The notes: generated by a model from the letters alone, not told the origin. 64,000 bases of DNA from a bacterium (GCA_021836035.1 JAKBJL010000001.1:138142-202141), one strand, 5' to 3'; shown: positions 19,014 to 28,813, counted from the stretch's first letter. Made by a program: numbers and translations.

Positions 19014-19580
19014 ATGCCGAGAAAACATTCCACGGAAACCCCTCGCAAAGTTGCTCTTCTTTCCCCGCAGATTTCCCGCATATTTACCGAGGGGTTTAAA
19101 AAATTCGGCATGATGATGCTCGCGGCGGTGATTATAGCCTTACTCACGGTCAACCTCTTCTTCTCCGGTAAGGAAGCTTACGACCTGGCTAAAGAGCAAG
19201 CCCAGCTTTATCCGCAAAACCCCCAACCCCATTTACTCCTGGCGACGTTTTATCAGCAGAATAACGACCTTGACCGGGCGGAAACGGAACTAAAATTAGC
19301 AGTTAGGGATCGGGGGCTGGGGGCTAGTTCAATTGCGGACAATGAGCTCCGGAAAATTCAGCAGCTACGGGTGCAGCCGGGAGAAATGGAAACGGAAATC
19401 ATCCGCTGGGAAAAAACCGTGGCCAAATATTCCGGCTACCGGGACGGCTACCTGAAGCTGGCTTACCTCAATTGGAAACTCTACCGGAATAAATTGGCCA
19501 AATCCTACTGGGAAAAAGCGTTCTTTCTGGACCCCAATAATGAAACGGTGAGGAGAATCGGAGAACTGGTTAATAAATAA
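19014..19580 (+). CDS. Membrane-anchored TPR-like protein
   Basis: TM, then YPQNPQPHLLLA and YRDGYLKLAYL...AFFLDPNN TPR-like helices. Confidence 0.8.
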   Translation: MPRKHSTETPRKVALLSPQISRIFTEGFKKFGMMMLAAVIIALLTVNLFFSGKEAYDLAKEQAQLYPQNPQPHLLLATFYQQNNDLDRAETELKLAVRDRGLGASSIADNELRKIQQLRVQPGEMETEIIRWEKTVAKYSGYRDGYLKLAYLNWKLYRNKLAKSYWEKAFFLDPNNETVRRIGELVNK

Positions 19581-19590
19581 ATTAATTCCA

Positions 19591-20024
19591 AATAATAAAG
19601 CTGATAAAATTAATAAAGGGGGTTTAATCATCACGGGGGAGAATCGTCAGCTACAAAAAAGAATTGAAATTTTGCTGTTAATTATATAAATCCGGCTAAT
19701 AAACTTCCCCATATCATTTCTATTCTTAAAATTGGGCCCCGGTTAATTGCTGCGACTGGAAGTATTGGGGCAAAGTATCAGGGGGCTTATATGGCGGGAA
19801 GCTCTATAGATTTTGTTCGTAAAATAAAAATTTCGGAGAAAGAAGGAAGCAGGCCAGGTCGCGGGTTAAGATTTCTCTATCGCGCAAATTCCGCCCTAAA
19901 GAAAAATATCGAAGATTTAGGAAAGGAGTCGGGGGAAATTGTCAAAATGTTTTCAACTATTCTCTATTAATTTAAATGCCCCGACAACCGGTTTGTTAAC
20001 CTTATTATTTTTATTAATTTTATT
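19591..20024. repeat. Inverted 9-mer arrays bracketing the four-helix-bundle pseudogene
   Basis: Left AATAATAAA-GCTGATAAA-ATTAATAAA (19591-19617); right TTTGTTAAC-CTTATTATT-TTTATTAAT-TTTATT (19992-20024); perfect 14-bp IR 19604-17/20010-23. Confidence 0.55.
19633..19970 (+). pseudogene. Four-helix-bundle (23S rRNA IVS / Avd-like) protein pseudogene
   Basis: ACG in place of ATG; GENRQLQKRIE, frameshift, FAVN..ANKLP..LIAATGSIGAKY.GA...SSIDFVRKIKISEKE...KESGEIVKMFSTI*; resembles the SIGAN-E-A..S..DF..K..I..KE pattern. Confidence 0.75.
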
Positions 20025-20712
20025 TCTCTCCGGACTTTTCTTCGTTAGGAGATTCCGGCTTCGGGGTTGCTTCTGCTACCGTTTCCCCCGCGGCTTCTTC
20101 CGCAGCTTTTGCCGCTTCCGCGGCGGCTGCGGCCTCCGCTTCTTTCTTGGCTTCTTCGGAAACTGCCGGAGCAACACGGACAACAATTTCTTCCGCCGGA
20201 GTAAGAACGGACACCCCCTTAGGGATTGTCAAACCCCCAACCGTGATCTGTTGATCAACCTCCGTAAGTTTACCGGCATCGATCACGATTCTCTCCGGCA
20301 AATCCGTTGGTAAAGCTTCAACTTCCACCTCGTTTAGGGTTTGGAGTAACAATCCAATCCCGGCAGTAACCGCCGGCGAGTTGTTTTCCAAGATCAAGGG
20401 TACGTTGGCCCGCAGCTTCTCGGTTAAGGAAACGGCGTGAAATTCCGCATGCAGGGGGTAACGCGTTACTGGATGTACCTGGAGCCCGCTGATCAAGGTG
20501 TGGTGGGTCTTCCCGTCTACCAATAGTTCTACCAATCCCGTTTCTCCGGCTTGACTGTATACGATTAAAAAATCCTTAACCGGCAGTTCTAAAGCCACGG
20601 ACTTTAATCCCTTACCGAAAAGATTAGCCGGCAGTAAGCCGGACTTTCTTAAATTTTTAACCTTCTTTCCGACGGTTTTCCGCACCCCGGCTTTTAAAAC
20701 TGTTTTTTCCAT
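20020..20712 (-). CDS. rplY: 50S ribosomal protein L25/Ctc
   Basis: GKKVKNLRKSGLLPANLFG, QVHPV..PLHAEF, VEALPTDLPERI, acidic tail. Confidence 0.95.
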   Translation of the reverse strand: MEKTVLKAGVRKTVGKKVKNLRKSGLLPANLFGKGLKSVALELPVKDFLIVYSQAGETGLVELLVDGKTHHTLISGLQVHPVTRYPLHAEFHAVSLTEKLRANVPLILENNSPAVTAGIGLLLQTLNEVEVEALPTDLPERIVIDAGKLTEVDQQITVGGLTIPKGVSVLTPAEEIVVRVAPAVSEEAKKEAEAAAAAEAAKAAEEAAGETVAEATPKPESPNEEKSGEK

Positions 20713-23700
20713 AGCAAATTAAATTCCCGATCCCGGGATAGATTTGTATTGTAACTTATTCTCTCCTGTCCGACAAGAGGAGACGGCAAATCGGGACTTG
20801 GCAAATCCGCCGGAACCAAAAAGGCCGGAAAGTTAATTTTTAGACTCAAGGGGTCGTTGTCCGTTCCCGCCTGTTTGCGGACATAAAAACGGTAGGCAAC
20901 TTTGTCGTTTTTATAACTTACCGCCTGGGGAAGGCTATAACGGAAAGTGACCGTCTTTTGGGAATGAATGGGAATTTCTACCAGGGTTCCAAAGGCTAAA
21001 AGTCCCGATTCGCTGCTTTGATAAACCAAAAAGCGATCCTTGGGCAATTTTTTAAGGATTGTTTCGTCCAGCTTGCTGCTGATAGTGGCCAGGCGGCTGT
21101 CCCCGATATCCAGGGAAATGTTTTGGGCTGTCCGGGGAACATAAAACCGCAGATAATTTTTATAGCGGCCCGCCGGCCAGGTGTCGGTGGCACTGTTATT
21201 TTCATAATTAACGGTGACGGTACTGGCGGCGTCGCCGCCTTTATTTAACTCCGTGACGATATTGATCTTCCGCTTCACGAAATAATTAGCTTTGTTGGCT
21301 CCCAGGTTTGCTTCGACAATCCCTAAACCGTTGTCCGCCCCCTCCGGAAAAACCAGTTTGCCGGTCCAGTTGTTTTGCGCCAGAATTTCTTCCGCCCGGG
21401 GATTTTGCAAATAAATTTGCAGGTGTTTTTCCGCAAGAGCTTCGTAGGCTGCCTGGGCCAGAAGTTGGAAATTCTTTTCCCGGTTACCGGAGAGCTTAAC
21501 CCAAAGCGCCTGAGCTACTGAACTTAGATAATCTTTCTTCTGGGTGCTGCCTGGGAAAAAATTAATTTCGGCATGGTATTCTGTCCGGTTAAAAAAATCA
21601 GCCGCGCTCACCGTCTCATTATAGTCATCCAGTTTGACCGGACCGACTGCCGCTAATAGTTTTTGGACGAAAAAGAGATCTATCCCGATAACGCCGTCCA
21701 CTTTTTCACCGGTTTCCTTTTCCAAAAACCAGGCAGCACGCTTGGCAGAAAGAGCAAAGTCGGGCGACCAATTGGAATCGCGCATAAACCAGCTCGGCTG
21801 TCCCAGAAAGTGTAAAATTTCATCCGGGGGGGTAATTTTGCCGCGCAGTTGTCCGTCGGCAGCATAAATATCCTTAATCTGGTAATCCAGCATCCGTCCG
21901 TTTTCCAGTGTCAGCACGGCAAAAGAACCCAAAAAGCCGCCGCTGGGCCGCAGCTCCGCGTTGTTTTGCAAAAGGACCAGGTATTTTTTCCGGCCGTTAA
22001 CCGCCAAGAGATCCGGCGTCAGGGGTAAAAACTGTTGACCGAAAACCAGAGCTTGCTGAATCTGCGGCAGAACAGTTAGATACTGCTGGCCGGGGAAAAA
22101 GGCCGGAAAGCGGACCAGATCTTTTTCCGCCTGCACAAAAGCCAGTCTGTCGGCAGCCATCCCCAGCTGCAAACCAATCCGGGAAAAATTGGCCGCCAAA
22201 TCCGGGGGAGCAGAATTGTCCGCAGAAGCAAATACCTGTTTTTCCATAGTTAATAGGTCGGCACCGGCCCGGGTTAGAGATAATCCCGCCCCGCTCCCCT
22301 TCTCCGCAATATCCAATAAACGGTAAAAATTATCCGCGGAAGTTTTCTGCCCGACCAGATCGGGAAACCACATAAGACTACGCCATAATTCCCGGGAACC
22401 GGCGAAACGATTTTCCGCCAATTCTATTGCTGCCGCCGCTTCCGTCATTTTCCCCTGTTCCAGGCGGTTGCGGGCAACTAACAGGGCTGCTCCCCCAACC
22501 AGAGTATTGCCGATCATGGCAGAAAAGGGAATAAAAATACTGCCGGCTAACACGATTAAACCGAGGAGAATACTCCGGGGAAAACGCCAGCGCGGCGTAG
22601 GGGGGGTTCTTTTCCCCGGTTTTTCCGGAGTCGTTTCCGTGGAAATTTTTACCGGCACCGGTTCCGTTTTCGAAATTGCCGTCGAAACCGGTGCTTGCTC
22701 TATGGGCCTTTTTTCTGCCGGCGCTTCCGTAGTGGTGGGTACTTGAGCCCCGAAAAAAGCCAGCGTTTGAGTCATCCCTTCCCTAACAAAGGTGTTCTCC
22801 CGCCATCCCAATTCCTCCTGGGATTTTTCAATATCCGCTCCCAAATAGGGGGAAGCCTTTATTCCCTGGCCGTTGCTGAACTTAATCTCTAAATTCTGAC
22901 CGCTCAGCTCGTTTAAAAGATGTGCTAAGCTGACGGTGGTGACTTTTTCCGTCCCCAAAAGCGAAAATATTTTTCCGTCCGTCTCCTGCCGGAACATGGC
23001 CTTGGACAAACCATAAATAAGATCGGTAATAAAAGTTGGATGCAGCTCCTGCAGGCCGTCGCCGGGCAGTTCCATGCTCTCCCCCCTTAACGCTTTCCTT
23101 AGAAGTGCGGCGATCATCGATTGGTCCGTAATCCGCATTCCCGGTCCGTAAACGTCGGCAACCCGGACAACTACCGCTCTGAGGCCAAATTTTTTAACAT
23201 ATTCTGAAAGTATGGTTTCCGCAAACCTTTTAGCTTCGTGGAATGCGTATTGGTGGGTCCCCTGGGCTGCCGGTTCTGCCGGTGCGGAATAGGACGTTAA
23301 AGACTTATTACTCATCACTCCCTGATATACATCAGCGCTGCTGGCTAATAAAAATTTCGCCTGGCATTTGACTGCCAGATCCAAGAGGTTTTTGGTCCCG
23401 TATGCATTAACGGTTAAACTATCCAGGGACCCCTGGCCGGGGTCCTTATTTTCTTCCGCGCCTGCTAGATGAAATATATAGGTGGGGTTCGGACAGTCAG
23501 CCGGCAAGGGAAAATTCAAATCATATTCGAGGAAGCGGAAATTGGCGTGGGTTTTAAAGGCGGCAATGTTTTCGTATTTGCCGGTCTGGAAATTATCAAC
23601 GCAAAATACCGCGAGGTTTTGGCTTAAAAGCGCTTCACAAAGACGGCTGCCGATAAATCCCGCTCCGCCCGCGACTAATGCTACGGGCATTTCTGCTAGT

Positions 23701-23741
23701 TCTTCGGTTTTAAAAATCCTTTGGGGCAGTTCACTTTCCAC
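20694..23741 (-). CDS. NAD-dependent epimerase/UDP-glucuronate decarboxylase-like domain fused via TM to a DUF4012-like domain
   Basis: ALVAGGAGFIGS, VDNFQTG, IFHLA, YGPGM; TM near aa 390-420; YLVLLQNNAELRPSGGFLGSF, RDSNWSPDF, NLGANKANYF. Confidence 0.88.
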   Translation of the reverse strand: MESELPQRIFKTEELAEMPVALVAGGAGFIGSRLCEALLSQNLAVFCVDNFQTGKYENIAAFKTHANFRFLEYDLNFPLPADCPNPTYIFHLAGAEENKDPGQGSLDSLTVNAYGTKNLLDLAVKCQAKFLLASSADVYQGVMSNKSLTSYSAPAEPAAQGTHQYAFHEAKRFAETILSEYVKKFGLRAVVVRVADVYGPGMRITDQSMIAALLRKALRGESMELPGDGLQELHPTFITDLIYGLSKAMFRQETDGKIFSLLGTEKVTTVSLAHLLNELSGQNLEIKFSNGQGIKASPYLGADIEKSQEELGWRENTFVREGMTQTLAFFGAQVPTTTEAPAEKRPIEQAPVSTAISKTEPVPVKISTETTPEKPGKRTPPTPRWRFPRSILLGLIVLAGSIFIPFSAMIGNTLVGGAALLVARNRLEQGKMTEAAAAIELAENRFAGSRELWRSLMWFPDLVGQKTSADNFYRLLDIAEKGSGAGLSLTRAGADLLTMEKQVFASADNSAPPDLAANFSRIGLQLGMAADRLAFVQAEKDLVRFPAFFPGQQYLTVLPQIQQALVFGQQFLPLTPDLLAVNGRKKYLVLLQNNAELRPSGGFLGSFAVLTLENGRMLDYQIKDIYAADGQLRGKITPPDEILHFLGQPSWFMRDSNWSPDFALSAKRAAWFLEKETGEKVDGVIGIDLFFVQKLLAAVGPVKLDDYNETVSAADFFNRTEYHAEINFFPGSTQKKDYLSSVAQALWVKLSGNREKNFQLLAQAAYEALAEKHLQIYLQNPRAEEILAQNNWTGKLVFPEGADNGLGIVEANLGANKANYFVKRKINIVTELNKGGDAASTVTVNYENNSATDTWPAGRYKNYLRFYVPRTAQNISLDIGDSRLATISSKLDETILKKLPKDRFLVYQSSESGLLAFGTLVEIPIHSQKTVTFRYSLPQAVSYKNDKVAYRFYVRKQAGTDNDPLSLKINFPAFLVPADLPSPDLPSPLVGQERISYNTNLSRDREFNLLWKKQF

Positions 23742-23771
23742 GGTTATTCAATTTTAAGATAGGCTCTTGTC

Positions 23772-24209
23772 CTATACAAGAGAAATTTGGTCCAGCGTTT
23801 CGTTAACGAGCTTGTCGGCAAGGTAATTTTTGCTGCGGGGAATGTGCAAGAATTTGATTGATAAGGGAACGAAATTGTTCGCCAGTTCCGCCAGCATAAA
23901 GTTAACTTTCGCCGAAAGCTCTCTCAGGTTACGGTCTTTAATTTTCCAGCGTCCATTGATCTGGGAAACGGCCAGCAAGGAATCGGAATGGAAGTGAATT
24001 GTTTTATATTTCGCAGCCAATCCGCTTTTGAGTAAATACCCCAAGGCCAGGATAACCGCCTGGTATTCGGCGATATTGTTAGTAGATTTACCCAAGTATT
24101 TCCCGCACTTTTCTAAAAATTCCCCCTGATCATTAAGAATAACATAGGCGGCAGCTGCGGGACCGGGGTTTCCTCTTGCTCCCCCATCGGTAAAAATATT
24201 TAATTTCAT
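23772..24209 (-). CDS. rnhA: Ribonuclease HI family protein
   Basis: FTDGGARGNPGPAA, TNNIAEY, DSLL, HIPRSKNYLADKLVN. Confidence 0.92.
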   Translation of the reverse strand: MKLNIFTDGGARGNPGPAAAAYVILNDQGEFLEKCGKYLGKSTNNIAEYQAVILALGYLLKSGLAAKYKTIHFHSDSLLAVSQINGRWKIKDRNLRELSAKVNFMLAELANNFVPLSIKFLHIPRSKNYLADKLVNETLDQISLV

Positions 24210-24230
24210 AATAATCTCGTACTGTGCTTG

Positions 24231-24266
24231 TTTCCCGTGAGGTAATTATATTTTCTTCACGGGAAA
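24231..24266. promoter_or_regulatory. Inverted repeat upstream of rnhA
   Basis: TTTCCCGTGA (24231-40)...TCACGGGAAA (24257-66), perfect 10 bp. Confidence 0.45.
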
Positions 24267-24315
24267 ATAATTCTTTTAGATTATACTGTTGGCCTGTACA
24301 AAATCGTGCCCGGGT

Positions 24316-25611
24316 TTAAAAGATCTGTCCTCTTTTTCTGACGATTTCCCCTATCGTTTCGCGAAAATCTCTGAAACCCGGGATTCTCCCTAAATCCCGC
24401 CGCAAAACATACAGGCTTAATACCACAATTAAAGCTTCGGTTATAAAGGTAATAAAAGAAGCGGCATAAAAGGAATAGAGGGGAATAAAAACTATATTTA
24501 AAAAGACGTTGATGGCCAAGGCAACACAGGCAATTAGGAAAGAGGCCCATTGTTTTCCCAAAGCCACAATCGTGTAGCCGTTAATATGATTAAAATAGGA
24601 AACGACAATCGCCAGTGATAAAATCCTTAAGGAGCCGATCGACCCGGCAAAATCCGGTCCGGCGATAATATTAATCGCCAGGGGCGCGAAAATATAATTG
24701 GCGACGGCGACAGCCACCCCCATTATCAGCAGGATGATGAAAGATTTCCGGTAAACATCGCCGAGTTTAAATTTATCGGAGATAGCCAATTGAGAAATTA
24801 ATGGCAAAACGGAATTAGCAAAATAAGCCGCCCCCAAAACCAGGACCTCATAAACTTTATATGAAGCTCCATACAAACCTACCGCCTCCTGTCCTTTATA
24901 TAGGGAGAGAATTACCGTATCGATGCGATTGTAAATGGTAAAGACGACTAAAATTCCGCCCATGGGGATAGCTTCAATCAGTAAAAAGCGGGTTTTGGGA
25001 TGGATGAGGGAATATTTAAGCGGCAATAGTTTAAATCCCAGGAATGCGGCTACCCCGGCAGCAAAGGAATCGGAAAGAACAAAAGCTAAAATTATCATCA
25101 ATAAAGAGGTTTGGTTTTGGATTAAAAAAAGGAGGAGTGCTAAAAAAAGAGCGTTGCCGGCAATTTCGGAAAGAGCCCAGTTTTGCATTTGTAATTTGAC
25201 ATTGAAAATAATTTGAAAAGAGGTCTTTAAGGAGAGGGCGAGCAACATCAATGAGGCAACGCTGACCAAAAGTCTTATCTGTGGATCATAAGGCAAAAGG
25301 TAAATTACCAAAACGGTAATAATAGCCGCGATAAAGGCCAAGCCCAGGCGGATCACTAATACATTGCCGATTATTTCCCGAGCTAAAGCATCATTACGGC
25401 TGGCCTCCCGGACCGTAATCAGTGTCAGACCCCAGTCTGCCAACGTCCCGAACATAGTGACAAAAACCAAAACAAAAGTGTAGGTGCCGAAACCCGCCGG
25501 CCCCAAATGTCGGGTGAGAAGAATGGTAATCAAAACCCCCAAGCCGGCAGAAAAAGATTTCCCGATAATTTGGATAAGCGTATTCCAGGCAATTTTATGC
25601 GATAAGGACAT
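24316..25611 (-). CDS. Wzx-type polysaccharide flippase
   Basis: KIAWNT, RHLGPAGFG, DWGL..VRE, YNRIDTVIL, VGLYGASY; many TMs. Confidence 0.9.
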   Translation of the reverse strand: MSLSHKIAWNTLIQIIGKSFSAGLGVLITILLTRHLGPAGFGTYTFVLVFVTMFGTLADWGLTLITVREASRNDALAREIIGNVLVIRLGLAFIAAIITVLVIYLLPYDPQIRLLVSVASLMLLALSLKTSFQIIFNVKLQMQNWALSEIAGNALFLALLLFLIQNQTSLLMIILAFVLSDSFAAGVAAFLGFKLLPLKYSLIHPKTRFLLIEAIPMGGILVVFTIYNRIDTVILSLYKGQEAVGLYGASYKVYEVLVLGAAYFANSVLPLISQLAISDKFKLGDVYRKSFIILLIMGVAVAVANYIFAPLAINIIAGPDFAGSIGSLRILSLAIVVSYFNHINGYTIVALGKQWASFLIACVALAINVFLNIVFIPLYSFYAASFITFITEALIVVLSLYVLRRDLGRIPGFRDFRETIGEIVRKRGQIF

Positions 25612-25619
25612 AAGCCTTG

Positions 25620-26927
25620 TTAATTATAAGTTGCTGGTTTGGCTATTACCAGGCGGGACCAGAAAAGACCAAAAGTAAAAGCCAATAGCATTTGTGTTTG
25701 TTGTAAAGTAAATAAATAGTGGTCAAAAAGACCCAGGAAGAATATTGCCAGGAAAATAATAAGCTGCGGGGAGTGAAACCGCCAGAGGCGTTTTGCGGTC
25801 AGAAACAAAATATAGAAAAAAGCCGTCATGCCAATAATTCCGGTTTCTGCCAACAAAAGAAGAAAAATATTATGGACCGGCTGCCCGATTAAATAAAAAC
25901 TATTGCCTAAAAATTGTTGATCGGCAGAAAGTATTGAAAAATTTCCCAAACCGATACCGGCAAGAGGGGAATGGTAAAAATATTTTATCGCCTCTTGATT
26001 CAGAAGTCGGCGGTTCAGAATCGTATACTTATCGGAGCTAAACAAAGCTCCAAAACGAAAGTAAAGGGTGGGTAAGAAAAAGGTAAACATGGCCAGCGCC
26101 GCAATTACCGCCGCGCCATAATTTCTTCTGAGGCCATACCGAAATACCCCCGGATGGTTAAGGATATGGAGCGCGACAATGCTGCAAACAAAGACTGCTA
26201 AAGCACTACGTGAAAGTGAGAGAAGAATAATTAAAAAAGAAATCAAAACTTCGATATAAATTAATTTCCTAAAAACTTCATTTTTAAAAACAAATTCCTG
26301 CCAGGAAAAAATAATTAATCCGCTGATTAAAAAATAGCCCGCCATTTGGTTGGGGTGGGAAAAAAAGGAATAAGGGCGGAAATATAAATAGCCGTTGATT
26401 ACTGCCGTCGCAATTCCGGGGGTAGCGATATTAAAACTTCTTTCCCCCAACCAATACCAAAAACCACCGAGAGCTGACTGCCGGTATATTTGACCGAGAG
26501 CGGAAATTAAAATAACTATCGACTGGATAAAAAAAATAGCGATCAGCGGCTTAATATTTTTAATGTTTAAAATTTTTCGACTAATAATAAAAATAAAAGT
26601 TAGTTCTAAAACTTTCAGCCATTTATATAAAGAAACCTGGGGCGATCGGGAAGAATAAATATTTAATCCCGCTGTCGCGAAAAATATCAGGACGGCGATT
26701 AGGTTGGTAATCTTTATTTTTCCCGAACTCTTTACGGTAAATAGACAAACAATAATTAAGGCGGCCGCCAGGATATCGGTAAGGTAAACAGTGGGGGAAA
26801 GGTAATCAATTCGTAATCCCCGGACGTAAGCAAAGGGTGGCCAGAAATGCATACCCAGCTGGGTCGGTAAAAATAAAAACCATAAATAAAAAAGGGGAAT
26901 AATTAGTTTTAGGAAATTGACTGCCAC
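25620..26927 (-). CDS. O-antigen ligase / Wzy_C family membrane protein
   Basis: RPYSFFSHPNQMAG, SLSRSA, PLAGIGLGNF, PVHNIFLLLLAETGIIG. Confidence 0.88.
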   Translation of the reverse strand: MAVNFLKLIIPLFYLWFLFLPTQLGMHFWPPFAYVRGLRIDYLSPTVYLTDILAAALIIVCLFTVKSSGKIKITNLIAVLIFFATAGLNIYSSRSPQVSLYKWLKVLELTFIFIISRKILNIKNIKPLIAIFFIQSIVILISALGQIYRQSALGGFWYWLGERSFNIATPGIATAVINGYLYFRPYSFFSHPNQMAGYFLISGLIIFSWQEFVFKNEVFRKLIYIEVLISFLIILLSLSRSALAVFVCSIVALHILNHPGVFRYGLRRNYGAAVIAALAMFTFFLPTLYFRFGALFSSDKYTILNRRLLNQEAIKYFYHSPLAGIGLGNFSILSADQQFLGNSFYLIGQPVHNIFLLLLAETGIIGMTAFFYILFLTAKRLWRFHSPQLIIFLAIFFLGLFDHYLFTLQQTQMLLAFTFGLFWSRLVIAKPATYN

Positions 26928-26936
26928 GTGGGATTG

Positions 26937-27431
26937 TTATTCCTGTCCGGTCTTGGGTTTGACAATTAACCTGCGCTGTTCACCTTCTCCGATTGATTCA
27001 GCGGTTATCTGAGGATGATCTTTTAGGGCGATGTGTATTACCCGACGGTCGGCGGCCGTTAAATAGGGAAAAGTTACCGGGGAATTGGTGGTAATCGCCC
27101 GGTTGGCAAAACCCGTCGCCATCTCTTTTAACTGCTCTTCTCTTTTGGCACGGTAATCGCCGACTTCGACGACAATCTTCTCCCATTGCCCCAGTTTTTT
27201 ATATACCATAATTCCTAAGATTAATTGGAAAGAAGATAGTGTGTCCCCGTGGAAACCGATTAGCAAGCCGGAGTCGGGAGTGTTAATGCTTACCTGATAA
27301 GTGTCTTCTTCTAAAAGCTTTACTTCCGCCTCGCCGTCAAGTTGTAAAGCCGACAGCAATTCTACGGCGATATCTTTGATTACGCGGTCAGTTTTATTTT
27401 TATTTTCACTGATTTTTTTGGTGCGTGCCAT
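26937..27431 (-). CDS. jag: Jag/EloR KH + R3H RNA-binding protein (no Jag_N)
   Basis: LLIGFHGDTL (KH), DRRVIH (R3H), ESIGEGEQR. Confidence 0.92.
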   Translation of the reverse strand: MARTKKISENKNKTDRVIKDIAVELLSALQLDGEAEVKLLEEDTYQVSINTPDSGLLIGFHGDTLSSFQLILGIMVYKKLGQWEKIVVEVGDYRAKREEQLKEMATGFANRAITTNSPVTFPYLTAADRRVIHIALKDHPQITAESIGEGEQRRLIVKPKTGQE

Positions 27432-27434
27432 AAG

Positions 27435-28178
27435 CTACCTTCCTCCTAATTTTCTGAATTTTATCACGTATTGTTCCAGTCCGCCAAGACCGGAGATACG
27501 AAACTGTTGATAAATAGCCAATAAACTGCTTACCGACCAATATAAAGCCAGTCCCGCGGGCCATTGTGTCCCCAAGAACAGAAACATCAGGGGGAACATC
27601 CAGATCATGGAAGACTGCGCTTCGGCAAATTCGCCCATGAAATCACTTTTCTCTTGTTTTTCTGCGGGCTTATCTTCTTTTCTAATCTTGGGGGCTGTGG
27701 GCATCATCATTTTGGTCTGGATAAATTGAGTCAGGGCGGCGATGACTACTAAAATTCCGGGTACGGCAATCGGTATGCCGGTAAGATGATAAGCGTCAGG
27801 TTTAGCCATATTCCAAACAAAAAACTCCGTATTTACTTTCATACTCAAAATTCTACTGAGAGCACCTAAAAGACCGAAAAGAATAACTATCTGGACAATA
27901 CTGGGAAGGCAGCCGGCCGCGGGGTTAACTCCGTGTTGTTTAAAAAGATCCATTTGGGCGGTAGCGAATGCCTGCTGGTTGCCTTTATGTTTTTCCTTGA
28001 GGGCATTAATATGCGGCTGCAGCTCAGACATTTTTTTACTGTATTGCACTTGCTGTTTGATAACCGGATAAAAAATAAGGCGGGAAAGAACGGCAATCTC
28101 CACAATAGCAACTCCCAGATTATGAAAACCCACCGTGCTGTAAATGAAGAGAACAATTTGTAAAAAAAACTCCGTCAT
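27435..28178 (-). CDS. yidC: Membrane protein insertase YidC
   Basis: KMSELQP, GVNPAAGCLP, PAGLALYW..S. Confidence 0.95.
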   Translation of the reverse strand: MTEFFLQIVLFIYSTVGFHNLGVAIVEIAVLSRLIFYPVIKQQVQYSKKMSELQPHINALKEKHKGNQQAFATAQMDLFKQHGVNPAAGCLPSIVQIVILFGLLGALSRILSMKVNTEFFVWNMAKPDAYHLTGIPIAVPGILVVIAALTQFIQTKMMMPTAPKIRKEDKPAEKQEKSDFMGEFAEAQSSMIWMFPLMFLFLGTQWPAGLALYWSVSSLLAIYQQFRISGLGGLEQYVIKFRKLGGR

Positions 28179-28191
28179 TAAAATTTAGTAA

Positions 28192-28443
28192 TTATAAATT
28201 AGAAATTCCCGGAACCGGGTCGTTGCCTCCTTTGTTCCAGGGATGGCAGCGGATAATACGTTTTAGGCCCAGCCAAAGCCCCGGAATTGTACCATATTTT
28301 TCTACCGCTAGATAGGTATATTCACTGCAGGTTGGAATGAAACGGCAGGCCTTGTCGGTTAAAAACAATAAACGGAAGACTCCGCCGTCAAAAGAGAGAT
28401 ACTTCTGGTAAAAACGAATTAGGAACAAAACGAGATTCCGCAC
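28192..28443 (-). CDS. yidD: Membrane protein insertion efficiency factor YidD
   Basis: IRFYQKYLS, CRFIPTCSEY, RIIRCHPW..GG.DPVP. Confidence 0.96.
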   Translation of the reverse strand: MRNLVLFLIRFYQKYLSFDGGVFRLLFLTDKACRFIPTCSEYTYLAVEKYGTIPGLWLGLKRIIRCHPWNKGGNDPVPGISNL

Positions 28444-28463
28444 TCCTGTATTATAATAGTTTT

Positions 28464-28805
28464 TTAAGAAAGAAGCTGGGCGCGGTGCAAAATCTTTTCC
28501 ACCTCCTGAGTTATCTCGATTCTGGCAGTCGTCGCCGCTTTAGTTTTTGCTAAAAAAACCAGTTCGGTGTTTTGGGGTATCCGGTTAAGAAAAGGGTCTA
28601 CGGCGTCCGCTAGTTTCCTTTTAATCTCATGGCGAACCACGGATTTTTTATCCACCTTTTTACTGACGATAAAGGCAGCTTGGCGGCCTGGGACTTTGCC
28701 GTAAGAAACCAGCAAACCAAAAGAGGGGGAATCATACAATTTCCCGGATTTACGGATGCGCTTAAATTCTCTCCTTAAAGGAATCAGATTTTTACGGGGA
28801 AGCAT
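28464..28805 (-). CDS. rnpA: Ribonuclease P protein component
   Basis: FIVSKKVDKKSVVRHEIKRKL (RNR-region variant); canonical position after rpmH. Confidence 0.92.
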   Translation of the reverse strand: MLPRKNLIPLRREFKRIRKSGKLYDSPSFGLLVSYGKVPGRQAAFIVSKKVDKKSVVRHEIKRKLADAVDPFLNRIPQNTELVFLAKTKAATTARIEITQEVEKILHRAQLLS

Positions 28806-28813
28806 TTATAACT

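Noticed and set aside
12195-19970. Diversity-generating retroelement (near-identical repeat pair plus Avd-like gene)
   Set aside because: No reverse transcriptase is present, and three of the five differences between the lepA copies are C/T, so they are not adenine-specific on the coding strand.
19939-20313. 124-aa + strand ORF
   Set aside because: Antisense to rplY and overlapping the four-helix-bundle remnant; low-complexity shadow.
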